Below, piece after piece: positions 38,339 to 46,710 of a stretch of DNA of 64,000 nucleotides. Position numbers and translations under genes: made by a program. The stretch is from Candidatus Omnitrophota bacterium (GTDB taxonomy: Bacteria > Omnitrophota > Gorgyraeia > Gygaellales > JAQTUX01). The notes under the pieces are model-generated. The model was not told the origin of the DNA and ran no database searches. It worked only from the letters and a program-made list of their open reading frames with translations. The stretch is taken from positions 433,872 through 497,871 of the forward strand of contig JAQTUX010000002.1 in NCBI GenBank assembly GCA_028707125.1, in the 5' to 3' direction. How positions within the stretch are numbered: position 1 is the first letter of the stretch; every line of letters begins with the position of its first letter.

Positions 38339-38346
38339 AGCTTATC

Positions 38347-39243
38347 CTAAAATCCGAACGTCCCTCCCCGCATAAATTGCAACAATATCGGCCCGGCCAC
38401 CATGATCAAAACCATCGGCAGAATGCAAAACAACAAGGGAAACAGCAATTTGATCGGCGCCTTCAGGGCCATCTCTTCCCCGTTCTGAAAACGCCGTATG
38501 CGCATCTCTTCCGACTGTATCTTCAGCGCCTCTCCCATAGGAGAACCCATCCTGTCCGCCTGAAGCAGCGTCCTTGTGAAAGACGACATCTCTACCATGT
38601 TGACCCTGTAAGAAAGGTTCTTCAGCGCCTCCCTCCTTGTGCGGCCCACCTGCGTCTCTCTATACATCATCGCCAGCTCTTCAGTTAGAGGGCATTTCTT
38701 AAAATCCCTGATGACCCTGCCCACCGCGAGCATAAAATCAAGGCCGGCGCCGACGCACAGGTAGAGCAGGTCAATGACAAAAGGCAGGTCTCGTGATATG
38801 GACCTTTGCCTCTTTTGCACCCGGCTCCTTAACCAGAGGTCAGGAAGAATAAACCCGATCGCCAAGCCCGCCGCTATATACAGCGGCCGGTTAAAAAATA
38901 TTATGGAAACAACAATGCCTGCTAACGCGGTTGAGACAAACTTGAAGCTAAGGAACTCCAAAGGATTTAAAGGATATCCCGCCATAAGCAGTTTCCTCTC
39001 CAACCCCTTTAATTTAAGGCGCTTGCTTAACGGCCTGACAACAGGCAGGAACGCGTCAAGAAATTTGCGCAAAGGGTTCCTCTCCCTTTTTTCGGATTCA
39101 AGAGCGGCGATATCCAGGCTTTCCTGTTCATCCTCGGAAAGATACGCCTCTTCTCTTTTGGTAAAAGGAGACGACAGCTCAAAGGCGAGAAGGACTATCG
39201 CCGTAAAAATAAGGCAGTACGCGGATATCAATAATATGCCCAT
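38347..39243 (-). CDS. tadC: Tad pilus inner-membrane platform protein TadC (T2SS-F/GspF-like domain)
   Basis: 298-aa track ORF with 3+ TM segments and a GspF-like core. It lies directly downstream of tadB, and its stop sits 8 nt before the giant-ORF start. Confidence 0.8.
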   Translation of the reverse strand: MGILLISAYCLIFTAIVLLAFELSSPFTKREEAYLSEDEQESLDIAALESEKRERNPLRKFLDAFLPVVRPLSKRLKLKGLERKLLMAGYPLNPLEFLSFKFVSTALAGIVVSIIFFNRPLYIAAGLAIGFILPDLWLRSRVQKRQRSISRDLPFVIDLLYLCVGAGLDFMLAVGRVIRDFKKCPLTEELAMMYRETQVGRTRREALKNLSYRVNMVEMSSFTRTLLQADRMGSPMGEALKIQSEEMRIRRFQNGEEMALKAPIKLLFPLLFCILPMVLIMVAGPILLQFMRGGTFGF

Positions 39244-39244
39244 C

Positions 39245-40093
39245 TCACACCTCTACCTTGCTGAACTTCATAATTAAAAATATACCTATTATATAAAGCG
39301 CGGCGCCCCCGCCTAAAAGCATCTGCCCCATCTGGTCGTTAAGCATTACCTCAAAAAAGGCGTTGTTCATGGTATAGACAAAGAACCCGAAGGCGATCGG
39401 CAGAATACCCATGATCGTGCCTTGGAGCTTCCCCTGGATGCAGAGCGCGTTGACCTTGCCTATAAGCTTGTTCCTTTCCCTTATGGTAGTCACCAACTCA
39501 GAAAACGTGTCGGTAAGGTCTCCGCCGGATTCCCTGGCCACAAGTATCGCCGTATTGATCAGATCAAGCTCATCGATCGGCATCCTCTTCTTAAGATTGT
39601 TCAAGGACTGCTCAAGCGGCATACCCACGCGGTTCTCCCTCACCACCAGCCCGAACTCCTGAGATACGGGCGCGGGCATCTCTTCAACTAATGCCTCAAA
39701 TGCCTGAAGCAAGCTCAGGCCCGCCTTAAGGGAGCCCGAAAGGATCATCAAGGCGTCAACCAGCTGCTGGGAGAACATTTGCCTGCGTATCCTCTCCATC
39801 TGCTTTATAACCAAAGTAGGCACTATGAGCCCGATGAAACCCGCAGCAGCGGCAGCGAGTATATTACGGAAAACCAAATACGCCCCGAACGCCAGGACAA
39901 CGGGTATTAATACATCAAGGACCATGATCTTGTTAATGGGCAGGTTCAAAAACATCCTGTCAAGCTTAGGCGCGTATTGTTCCATGCGCCTCTGGCGCTG
40001 CCTTTCATACAGCTCTACTGCCAGCGGTATGCACTCATTAATAAGCAGCCCCACCGAACCAAAACTCAGGATAAATATGGCGAATTTGATCAT
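39245..40093 (-). CDS. tadB: Tad pilus inner-membrane platform protein TadB (T2SS-F-like)
   Basis: 282-aa track ORF with a GspF-like domain and TM segments at both ends. There is a 1-nt gap to tadC. Confidence 0.8.
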   Translation of the reverse strand: MIKFAIFILSFGSVGLLINECIPLAVELYERQRQRRMEQYAPKLDRMFLNLPINKIMVLDVLIPVVLAFGAYLVFRNILAAAAAGFIGLIVPTLVIKQMERIRRQMFSQQLVDALMILSGSLKAGLSLLQAFEALVEEMPAPVSQEFGLVVRENRVGMPLEQSLNNLKKRMPIDELDLINTAILVARESGGDLTDTFSELVTTIRERNKLIGKVNALCIQGKLQGTIMGILPIAFGFFVYTMNNAFFEVMLNDQMGQMLLGGGAALYIIGIFLIMKFSKVEV

Positions 40094-40452
40094 TCCTGCT
40101 CCTCTTGTCCGTCTTCCGGTTGTGTCGCGCTTACGTATTCTCCGTGCAACCTGTCGTAATCCTCAACCTCTGTAAATTTGTTGCTATGCATTAGTTCCGA
40201 AGATGCTTCATCCGGCCCGTCTACGTTTACAGCGTTGCCATATAACCCACTTAGAACTTCGCTGCTGATCGGTTCAGAGGCCCCAGGGTCGGTTGTCACT
40301 TCATACTGCCAGCCGAAACCGATCGCGTCTGCGGCAGTCCGCCACCTTCCCTGCATAGCGCGCTTAAGGTAGACCTGCATGGTCATGACCGCCGCGACCA
40401 TCACGATCACCAACACGCAATACTCAATCGCACTGATACCTTGGTTTTTCAT
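40090..40452 (-). CDS. Flp/TadE-type class III prepilin-like protein (MKNQG/ISAIEY…)
   Basis: Carries the G/XXXXEY prepilin-peptidase motif followed by a hydrophobic helix and 'MQVYLKRAMQGR', which is shared with the paralog array. Confidence 0.65.
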   Translation of the reverse strand: MKNQGISAIEYCVLVIVMVAAVMTMQVYLKRAMQGRWRTAADAIGFGWQYEVTTDPGASEPISSEVLSGLYGNAVNVDGPDEASSELMHSNKFTEVEDYDRLHGEYVSATQPEDGQEEQE

Positions 40453-43228
40453 AGTTCGCGTCCACCATTCTTGCCAGGTCGTTCGCCCGCCAGTAATGAT
40501 AGGCGTATGAGCGCGACCTTATGCCCTTGCCTAAAAGCCGCAGCGCCTCTATTTCGCTTAACCTGTTATCCGGGGTTATCCGCCCCAAGTCAACAGCGTC
40601 GCCGTATCTGGAATTCCAGAAACCTATGGCGTTCTTCGGCTCATCAAACCTCTGCACTTCAACCGATACCTTGCCTTCTTTATTCCTGAGATAGACGCAC
40701 CTCTTTAATCCGCCCCATTTCTTCTTCGCCTGCAGATACGGCACCTTGAACGGATACACGGTGACGTTTATAACGTGTATGCCCGCTTTGTCATCCCAGG
40801 CATACAGGGCGTTGGGAGTAAGATTCCATTTATCCTGCAACGCCTCTACCTCACCGTTGAACAACTCAATATCATCCCTGAACTGCTGGATCGCCTTTAT
40901 AAAAGCGGTCATACTTCCATCCTGCCCCTGCTGCAACCTTGAAGGCCTGTCGGATGCGGGGTCAACGTCTTTATCGTATATTTCTTCGTTGATCTCATCT
41001 ATTATTGCCTCTTTGATCACCTTGTCCGCGTCCCAGTTCCCATACCTGAAAATCCCATAGTAATTTTGATTTTGGATTGAATCAGGCAATGCATCCCTCA
41101 TCGCGTCCCTTATTCCTGTTAACTTCAACTCCCATGCCTCTAATGACTGCAGCCACCCTTTCTCAACAACCGGTGTCTCACCTTCAAGCAATTCGCCCTC
41201 TCCGGTGCACCAGTTATCAGGAACCCAGCTTATCTCGTCATACCAGTTGTCATAATTAATCTCTGCTGAGCTTTGGTTAGGGTGGCCGGCAAGCGGCTTA
41301 TATCTAGTTCCTATTTCGGGTTCAAGCCGTGCGATTTCACCTTCCGCCAGGCCTTCGGGAATATCAAGCAAATCATACAATTGGCTCTGCCACATTCCAA
41401 AAGTCGCCAGCAGGTCCTTATCGCTGATCGTCATCTGCCCCTGGACAGGCCGGTAATCCCTCTGGAGACGGCCATTAACATATTGATAACCCCAGAAATA
41501 CCTGTAGCCGTAGCCGGCCGGTATATATGCGCCGCCAAAGAATGACTGCATATAGTCCTCAAATGCCTCGGCACCCCATTTTAACAAATCAACCTGGTCA
41601 ACCTTATTGTATTCGCTGCCGCTGTCAGAGCGGTATTTTGCATCAAAATCTATCCAGGTCGCTGTCTCGTCCTCATCGATAAGCTGCGCTCGCAAAACAG
41701 ACAGGATTGCCGAAAGATCGCTGCCGAACACCGCCGACATCGCGCCCTGTTCCAGGTCTAAACCTATATTTAAACGCACTTCTGTCTGGCTTACCTGCTC
41801 AGCCCAACCGTTTTCTGTCAATTTTCTGGAAATGCTGTCCCACTCAAGCCCGGCCTGCTCAACTAGATCTCGTGTAACTATCCCCGCGTCGGGATAAAGT
41901 TCGCTGAAGGCGCGCTCTTCCGTCGCGTTACCGGGCACATAAAACGGAAGGGTTTCTCCCGTAAGAACCAGATTATTTGCCGGTAGAGTAATATTAAAGT
42001 CGTAGGAATGATAATAAGTATAGCTGCCTCTGGAGCTGCCCCACTGCCAGCTCCAGACAGGCGCGTTGATATCTCTTGCCAGCTCTTGCATATACCGCCA
42101 AATATCACTGCTGCTGACAGTAATTGTATCGGCGTGGTCCCTGAACAACACGCGCAATAATTCGTTAAGTTTTATATCCGTATCGTTAAATGTTTCTATC
42201 AAATCGCTTCTATAGATGCTGGAACTTATATTCTGATATGAATACTTGCCGCCGGACCTGTCATAACCATAGAATTCCAGGTGATCGCTTATGCGGAAAT
42301 TTCTTAACACAAATAATTTGGCAAGAAGACGTTTGATATTTGCTTCATCCGCCGCCTCTCCAGCAATATCAGGCCACTCCTCTTCATACAGGACCTGATA
42401 TTGCCCGTCTTCATCCCGCTCCAGTTCTATCCTGAAGGAATTCTGCATGAATTTCTGCTCAGCGTCCCAAAACGCCTTCATCTTAAGCTTAAATTGCGCG
42501 ATCTTGGCCTCTAAATCCTTATTATAGCCGTCCACGTTCTTCAGCCGCTCCACATACCATCTGGAAAACCGGCCGATCTTATCGCCTTTAATACCAAGGG
42601 GTTTCTCCCTGATATCGCGGCGGCGCTCTCTGCATACCGGCTCTTGGCCGGGATTAGGAGCGTCATAATAATAACAGCCCACCTCGCCGTCCTCATCCAG
42701 GTCAAACTCATCAGCCACCTTAACCGGGTCATCAACTATCTTGAACAGGGCGGTCTGTATCGCCCCTTCCCTGAATTTCATCTGCTCGGTCATCTTGGCA
42801 AACTGCCGGTTTACAGCCCGGACCATTGCCGGCTCGATCAGAATTGCCTGTGCCGCGACTCCTATGGTCGCTAAAACCGCTCCTACCTGGGCGCCGGTAA
42901 GCGCCGCGCCTGTTAAACCTAAAAAGCCGCCGAATCCAACAGCCATGAGAAAGGCCGCAGCCACTATTGAAAAGAAGAAGCCCCAGTTGAACTTGCACTT
43001 ATGGTCTCTGTCGCCTATAAATTTATGAGAAAGATAATGGGCAAAACTGCCCAGGTTATTGGCTAAATTAAATGACGCGGCGTCTGCCGCCTGCTCTACG
43101 GAAAGCTTCCTCTGTGAAAGGTGGCCTATATTGATCGCCACGGCAGCAAACAGTATCAGCGCCGCCAATAAAAGCGTTATCAGCGTGGCGATCTGGCCCA
43201 TCTTCTTTCTTTTGCCGCAGAGCATCAT
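40424..43228 (-). CDS. TadG-like large pilus-associated protein (N-terminal Tad/TadG membrane-anchor motif)
   Basis: 934 aa. The N-terminal TM segment is followed by 'HLSQRKLSVEQAADAASFNLANN', resembling the TadG N-terminal domain. The remainder is unassigned. Confidence 0.55.
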   Translation of the reverse strand: MMLCGKRKKMGQIATLITLLLAALILFAAVAINIGHLSQRKLSVEQAADAASFNLANNLGSFAHYLSHKFIGDRDHKCKFNWGFFFSIVAAAFLMAVGFGGFLGLTGAALTGAQVGAVLATIGVAAQAILIEPAMVRAVNRQFAKMTEQMKFREGAIQTALFKIVDDPVKVADEFDLDEDGEVGCYYYDAPNPGQEPVCRERRRDIREKPLGIKGDKIGRFSRWYVERLKNVDGYNKDLEAKIAQFKLKMKAFWDAEQKFMQNSFRIELERDEDGQYQVLYEEEWPDIAGEAADEANIKRLLAKLFVLRNFRISDHLEFYGYDRSGGKYSYQNISSSIYRSDLIETFNDTDIKLNELLRVLFRDHADTITVSSSDIWRYMQELARDINAPVWSWQWGSSRGSYTYYHSYDFNITLPANNLVLTGETLPFYVPGNATEERAFSELYPDAGIVTRDLVEQAGLEWDSISRKLTENGWAEQVSQTEVRLNIGLDLEQGAMSAVFGSDLSAILSVLRAQLIDEDETATWIDFDAKYRSDSGSEYNKVDQVDLLKWGAEAFEDYMQSFFGGAYIPAGYGYRYFWGYQYVNGRLQRDYRPVQGQMTISDKDLLATFGMWQSQLYDLLDIPEGLAEGEIARLEPEIGTRYKPLAGHPNQSSAEINYDNWYDEISWVPDNWCTGEGELLEGETPVVEKGWLQSLEAWELKLTGIRDAMRDALPDSIQNQNYYGIFRYGNWDADKVIKEAIIDEINEEIYDKDVDPASDRPSRLQQGQDGSMTAFIKAIQQFRDDIELFNGEVEALQDKWNLTPNALYAWDDKAGIHVINVTVYPFKVPYLQAKKKWGGLKRCVYLRNKEGKVSVEVQRFDEPKNAIGFWNSRYGDAVDLGRITPDNRLSEIEALRLLGKGIRSRSYAYHYWRANDLARMVDANYEKPRYQCD

Positions 43229-43256
43229 TTTATCTCACCTTCCATCTTTATGATCC

Positions 43257-43604
43257 TTAATCCCTGTGTAACGCGGGATTTTCCCGGTCAAAAACATAAA
43301 GCGGCTTTGCTGTATAAAATCCTGTTGACCAGGGGTATAATCTCTGGCGCCTTGTACCTCTCCCTAATTCTTCATCATCTCTTTTCTCGTTCTCTACTGT
43401 CGTCATGTTAAAAATCCTGCCCGACTGATAGTCGGTATGCCTGTATTTGAAATTATTGCTAAACCAGAGCAGGATATTGAACGTCCCCAAAAGCAGAACC
43501 ACAAAGGCGATAAAGGCAACCGTTGATTCTATGGTTACCTGCCCCGTACCTTTACCACGGACCTTCAACCTTATGCCCTGTTGCCCATCCCTTATCTTTA
43601 TCAT
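43257..43604 (-). CDS. TadE-like pseudopilin (…GKGTGQVTIESTVAFIAFVVLLLG…); start probably at internal Met ~43604
   Basis: Class III signal-peptide-like N-terminus. The track ORF 43257..43643 overlaps the upstream gene, so the likely true start is the internal Met. Confidence 0.45.
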   Translation of the reverse strand: MIKIRDGQQGIRLKVRGKGTGQVTIESTVAFIAFVVLLLGTFNILLWFSNNFKYRHTDYQSGRIFNMTTVENEKRDDEELGRGTRRQRLYPWSTGFYTAKPLYVFDRENPALHRD

Positions 43605-44859
43605 AACGTTTCTCCGTAAACACAAGTAATCCAAAACCCTCATTGCCCTCTATATTATCGTTGGCATTGTTTCTCGCCTCTCTCAACTTTAAGTCCAGAT
43701 TACTGGGGGTAACATTATTAGTTGCCCAAAGCACTTGAAAGAAAATCATCAAGTGGCTGAGGTACTCTGGATCGGCGATGACAGCCGCCTGATAATCGCT
43801 TACCAAAACAATAAATGCTTTAACGTTGGAAAAATCGCCTTCTCCGGTATTGGTTTCAGCTATATCTATGCTTGGATTCTCTGTAAATGTGTCCGGGGAT
43901 ATATTATGAAGCCCAAGGGGATAGATAAAATGTTCTTTCCCGTTTATCTTTACCAGGTTATTTACCAAGGCAAGCGTTTCATGTTTTAATATAAATGAAC
44001 CGCTGTTTATATTCCTTTGTATCCAATAAGAATTATATCTTTCCGGCTCATTTTTGGAATCTTGCCAGACCTCACCTTCCTGGCTGTCTATAACCCTTAT
44101 ATAATCAACCACCTCGCGGCTGCCCATGCCGCTTCCCTCTCTCCTGTTCTCTACGCTCAACACGCTTTCCTCTTCGCCGTCGCCGTCCAGGTCAAGGCTG
44201 TCGCCTTTAGAAATCTTGTCTACGGCAACATCTTCCCACTCCCAGCTTCTAAGGCGGTCGCCATTTTCAGCAACCCAACGCATCTGTCTGACATTTACGC
44301 GCGAATCCACGGCGTTGTCTTTATCCTCAAAGAACACCGGTTTACCGTCGGCGTTCTTTTTGGGGTCAATATCTTTTCTCTTCCTGGGCATAGCCGACAA
44401 AACAGTCCCTTCCGGCGACTCTAAATGTCCGTCCCTTACATATATCGTCCGGAACCCCGCGGTTGTAAAGGTGTATCTTTTATCGCCGAAATCATAAATT
44501 ACCCTGGGCAAGTCCTCTTGTTTGTCCCAGGTAATGTTGTAAAACAACTTCTGCGTCCAGACGGCAGAATTGAACTGCACAAAAGGCGTACGCTCCGCGT
44601 ATCCGCTCAAACCCAGGGGGTTGCCCGGGTCAGGAACCGGCAGCTGCGTGAATCTGGCGTAGGTTATGGTCCTCGCGTCATTCCGGGCATCGTATGCCTC
44701 TTTATACGACTGCCTGAATACCTGCATAGACAGGCCATGGTTATAGTTAAGCGTCGTCCCGTATTTAACAAAAAACCCTATCACCAGAAACAGCGCCGTG
44801 CCGAATAACGCCAGCTCTGTCAAGGCCTGCCCGGATTTTTTAATTACCGAAATACTCAT
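43552..44859 (-). CDS. Long (435 aa) TadE/TadF-like pseudopilin (…KSGQALTELALFGTALFLVIG…)
   Basis: N-terminal G-Q-x-x-x-E-(L/F) followed by a hydrophobic helix. It is unusually long for TadE/F. Confidence 0.55.
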   Translation of the reverse strand: MSISVIKKSGQALTELALFGTALFLVIGFFVKYGTTLNYNHGLSMQVFRQSYKEAYDARNDARTITYARFTQLPVPDPGNPLGLSGYAERTPFVQFNSAVWTQKLFYNITWDKQEDLPRVIYDFGDKRYTFTTAGFRTIYVRDGHLESPEGTVLSAMPRKRKDIDPKKNADGKPVFFEDKDNAVDSRVNVRQMRWVAENGDRLRSWEWEDVAVDKISKGDSLDLDGDGEEESVLSVENRREGSGMGSREVVDYIRVIDSQEGEVWQDSKNEPERYNSYWIQRNINSGSFILKHETLALVNNLVKINGKEHFIYPLGLHNISPDTFTENPSIDIAETNTGEGDFSNVKAFIVLVSDYQAAVIADPEYLSHLMIFFQVLWATNNVTPSNLDLKLREARNNANDNIEGNEGFGLLVFTEKRYDKDKGWATGHKVEGPW

Positions 44860-45178
44860 ATTTGGATTGCCTCACCTTCTCATCTCCTTTGCGCAATGTT
44901 ACGCTGCTAACCTGCTCTGTAGTGCTTCTATTGCGACCATCCGCCTGGTTCCGCGGATTAATAATACTTGATACAGACACCGAGCCGGTTTCCAGATACG
45001 TATACATACCGGAGTAAGTGTTCCCCGGAGAATACTGCTGGCCTATGTCGTCCGCGGCAAGCCGCATCCTGCCCTGGATCGCGCGCTTAACATAGGTCTG
45101 CATGGCGATCAAGGCGCCGACAATAACGATCACCAGCACGCATATCTCTAACGAGGACTGGCCTGATCTACGCATCAT
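44840..45178 (-). CDS. Flp/TadE-type prepilin-like paralog (…MMRRSGQSSLEICVLVIVIVGALIAMQTYVKRAIQGR…)
   Basis: Track ORF 44840..45217. The likely start is the internal Met. G/QSSLE + hydrophobic helix + conserved 'AMQTYVKRAIQGR'. C-terminal 'KYEYFGN'. Confidence 0.6.
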   Translation of the reverse strand: MMRRSGQSSLEICVLVIVIVGALIAMQTYVKRAIQGRMRLAADDIGQQYSPGNTYSGMYTYLETGSVSVSSIINPRNQADGRNRSTTEQVSSVTLRKGDEKVRQSKYEYFGN

Positions 45179-45188
45179 CTTTCCTTCC

Positions 45189-45650
45189 TTATTCAACCGG
45201 CTGAGTTGCCTCAGCATAAGATTTTGTCCACGTTACTTCTCCGCCTATCGGCTCTGCGCCATCCGGAAGATCGGAATGATCCGAAGGGCCAATCTCCAGC
45301 ACGGTAGCGAATTCCTCATTTACAGCCGGACTGTCAACGCCGTATTGCTCATCTTTTTCGTTGCCGGCCATGAATTCGGTATCTTTAGTGTTGCTTAAAC
45401 TATACGACTCTGCGGCCGATCTTGATATCTCACCCAGCATCAGGTCACGCTCAGGGACGTACTGGTCACGCTCAATATCAAACTCGGGGCCTAATTTTAA
45501 AATACTATTAGCCGAGTTAGCTATGCCGCCCTGGATCGCGCGCTTGACATAGGTCTGCATAGCCACAAGCGCTGCCCCCACAAGAGCGAATACGATAGCG
45601 TATTCGCTCAAGCTCTGGGCTTTAGTCCTCCTGATAGAACCTCCGGCCAT
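45189..45650 (-). CDS. Flp/TadE-type prepilin-like paralog (A/QSLSEYAIV variant)
   Basis: 153 aa with the same N-terminal architecture and an acidic C-terminal extension. Confidence 0.55.
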   Translation of the reverse strand: MAGGSIRRTKAQSLSEYAIVFALVGAALVAMQTYVKRAIQGGIANSANSILKLGPEFDIERDQYVPERDLMLGEISRSAAESYSLSNTKDTEFMAGNEKDEQYGVDSPAVNEEFATVLEIGPSDHSDLPDGAEPIGGEVTWTKSYAEATQPVE

Positions 45651-45692
45651 AGCTGAACACTCCCTGTGAAGTTAAAACTGCCATAAAACACT

Positions 45693-46169
45693 TTAATTGC
45701 TAACGGCCTGTATCCATCGATTATGACTATCAATGGTCACATTACTCGTTGGGCTCGAGGCCTCAGGTATCGTGTCTTCGTCTGAAACAAAACCACCGTA
45801 ATCCGTTGTTGCCGGCTCCGGCTCTTCGTCGCTATCCGGATCCTGTCCCCAGAACTCATGTTTTTGCTTGGCAACGATCTCCCATCCTTTACGGTTCTGC
45901 TGCTGCGTATCGATCTGTGAACCTGACCGTTCAAATTCTCCACCACTCAATTGCACCCAGTCCCTGCTAACTGTGTAAGAATCGGTCTGATGAGCGCTCT
46001 TGGTATAGCCCGGTGAATACTGCTCGCCCATATCATCGGAAGCGCTTCTCAGACGGCCCTGGTAGCCGCGCTTGATGAACGTCTGCATGGCTATGAGGGC
46101 GCCGATGATGACTACTATAAGTATGGCGAATTCCAACGTGGATTGGCCTTTGTTCTCTTTAATAAACAT
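45693..46169 (-). CDS. Flp/TadE-type prepilin-like paralog (MFIKENKG/QSTLEFAIL…)
   Basis: Track ORF 45693..46283. The likely start is the internal Met at ~46169 with an AAGGAGGTGA RBS. The N-terminal half is identical to the next paralog. Confidence 0.6.
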   Translation of the reverse strand: MFIKENKGQSTLEFAILIVVIIGALIAMQTFIKRGYQGRLRSASDDMGEQYSPGYTKSAHQTDSYTVSRDWVQLSGGEFERSGSQIDTQQQNRKGWEIVAKQKHEFWGQDPDSDEEPEPATTDYGGFVSDEDTIPEASSPTSNVTIDSHNRWIQAVSN

Positions 46170-46193
46170 TTCTTCTATCACCTCCTTACTATT
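46008..46193. repeat. 186-bp perfect direct repeat, copy 1 (pilin paralog 5' end + RBS)
   Basis: Identical to 46526-46710 by eye ('cccggtgaatactgctcgcccatatcatcggaagcgcttctcag…cctccttactatt'). Confidence 0.8.
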
Positions 46194-46686
46194 GAGGAAT
46201 TGGCGACGTCTCTGCAGTAGCCAAATTCGTATTGAATTCTGTTGAATATCTACCACTATGCACGGCTGCCTGATCTGCGGCACTCACGCCTTCTAACGCG
46301 TCGGGTGTCTCTCCGCCAGTAATCGTGTGTTTCCGACCTTCGTTTATCTCTTCCGGAACTTCACCCCAGAATTCAAAATTTGACTTTGCCACTGACTCCT
46401 TATTGATCCTGTCTTGATGCTGGTTCTTTATCTCGGAAATAGAAATTATTTTGTTATTAGCGTCGGCCTTTACCCTCTCCTCGTTATGCGCAAAACTTAT
46501 ATTATACTCATCGGATTGCGTGTATCCCGGTGAATACTGCTCGCCCATATCATCGGAAGCGCTTCTCAGACGGCCCTGGTAGCCGCGCTTGATGAACGTC
46601 TGCATGGCTATGAGGGCGCCGATGATGACTACTATAAGTATGGCGAATTCCAACGTGGATTGGCCTTTGTTCTCTTTAATAAACAT
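46189..46686 (-). CDS. Flp/TadE-type prepilin-like paralog (MFIKENKG/QSTLEFAIL…)
   Basis: Track ORF 46189..46716. Internal Met start with the same RBS. Its 5' 186 bp is a perfect copy of the downstream paralog. Confidence 0.6.
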   Translation of the reverse strand: MFIKENKGQSTLEFAILIVVIIGALIAMQTFIKRGYQGRLRSASDDMGEQYSPGYTQSDEYNISFAHNEERVKADANNKIISISEIKNQHQDRINKESVAKSNFEFWGEVPEEINEGRKHTITGGETPDALEGVSAADQAAVHSGRYSTEFNTNLATAETSPIPQ

Positions 46687-46710
46687 TTCTTCTATCACCT
46701 CCTTACTATT
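46526..46710. repeat. 186-bp perfect direct repeat, copy 2
   Basis: See copy 1. Confidence 0.8.

Noticed and set aside
1021-37436. Minus-strand short ORFs in the two non-giant frames (1021..1221, 2200..2394, 13321..13572, 19336..19563, 27412..27645, 28873..29160, 30010..30201, 32608..32790, 35883..36086, 37224..37436).
   Set aside because: These are off-frame overlaps of the giant ORF with low-complexity products and no RBS. Only 11637..11918 was kept, because of its perfect SD and placement over a linker.
479-37593. Dozens of plus-strand track ORFs (60-284 aa) across 0.4-37.6 kb, e.g. 479..1333, 5100..5543, 5742..6329, 11087..11620, 22754..23215.
   Set aside because: All are low-complexity (S/A/L/R/P-rich) translations antisense to the giant minus-strand coding frame. 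None has a recognisable domain or RBS, and they tile a region that is continuously coding on the other strand.
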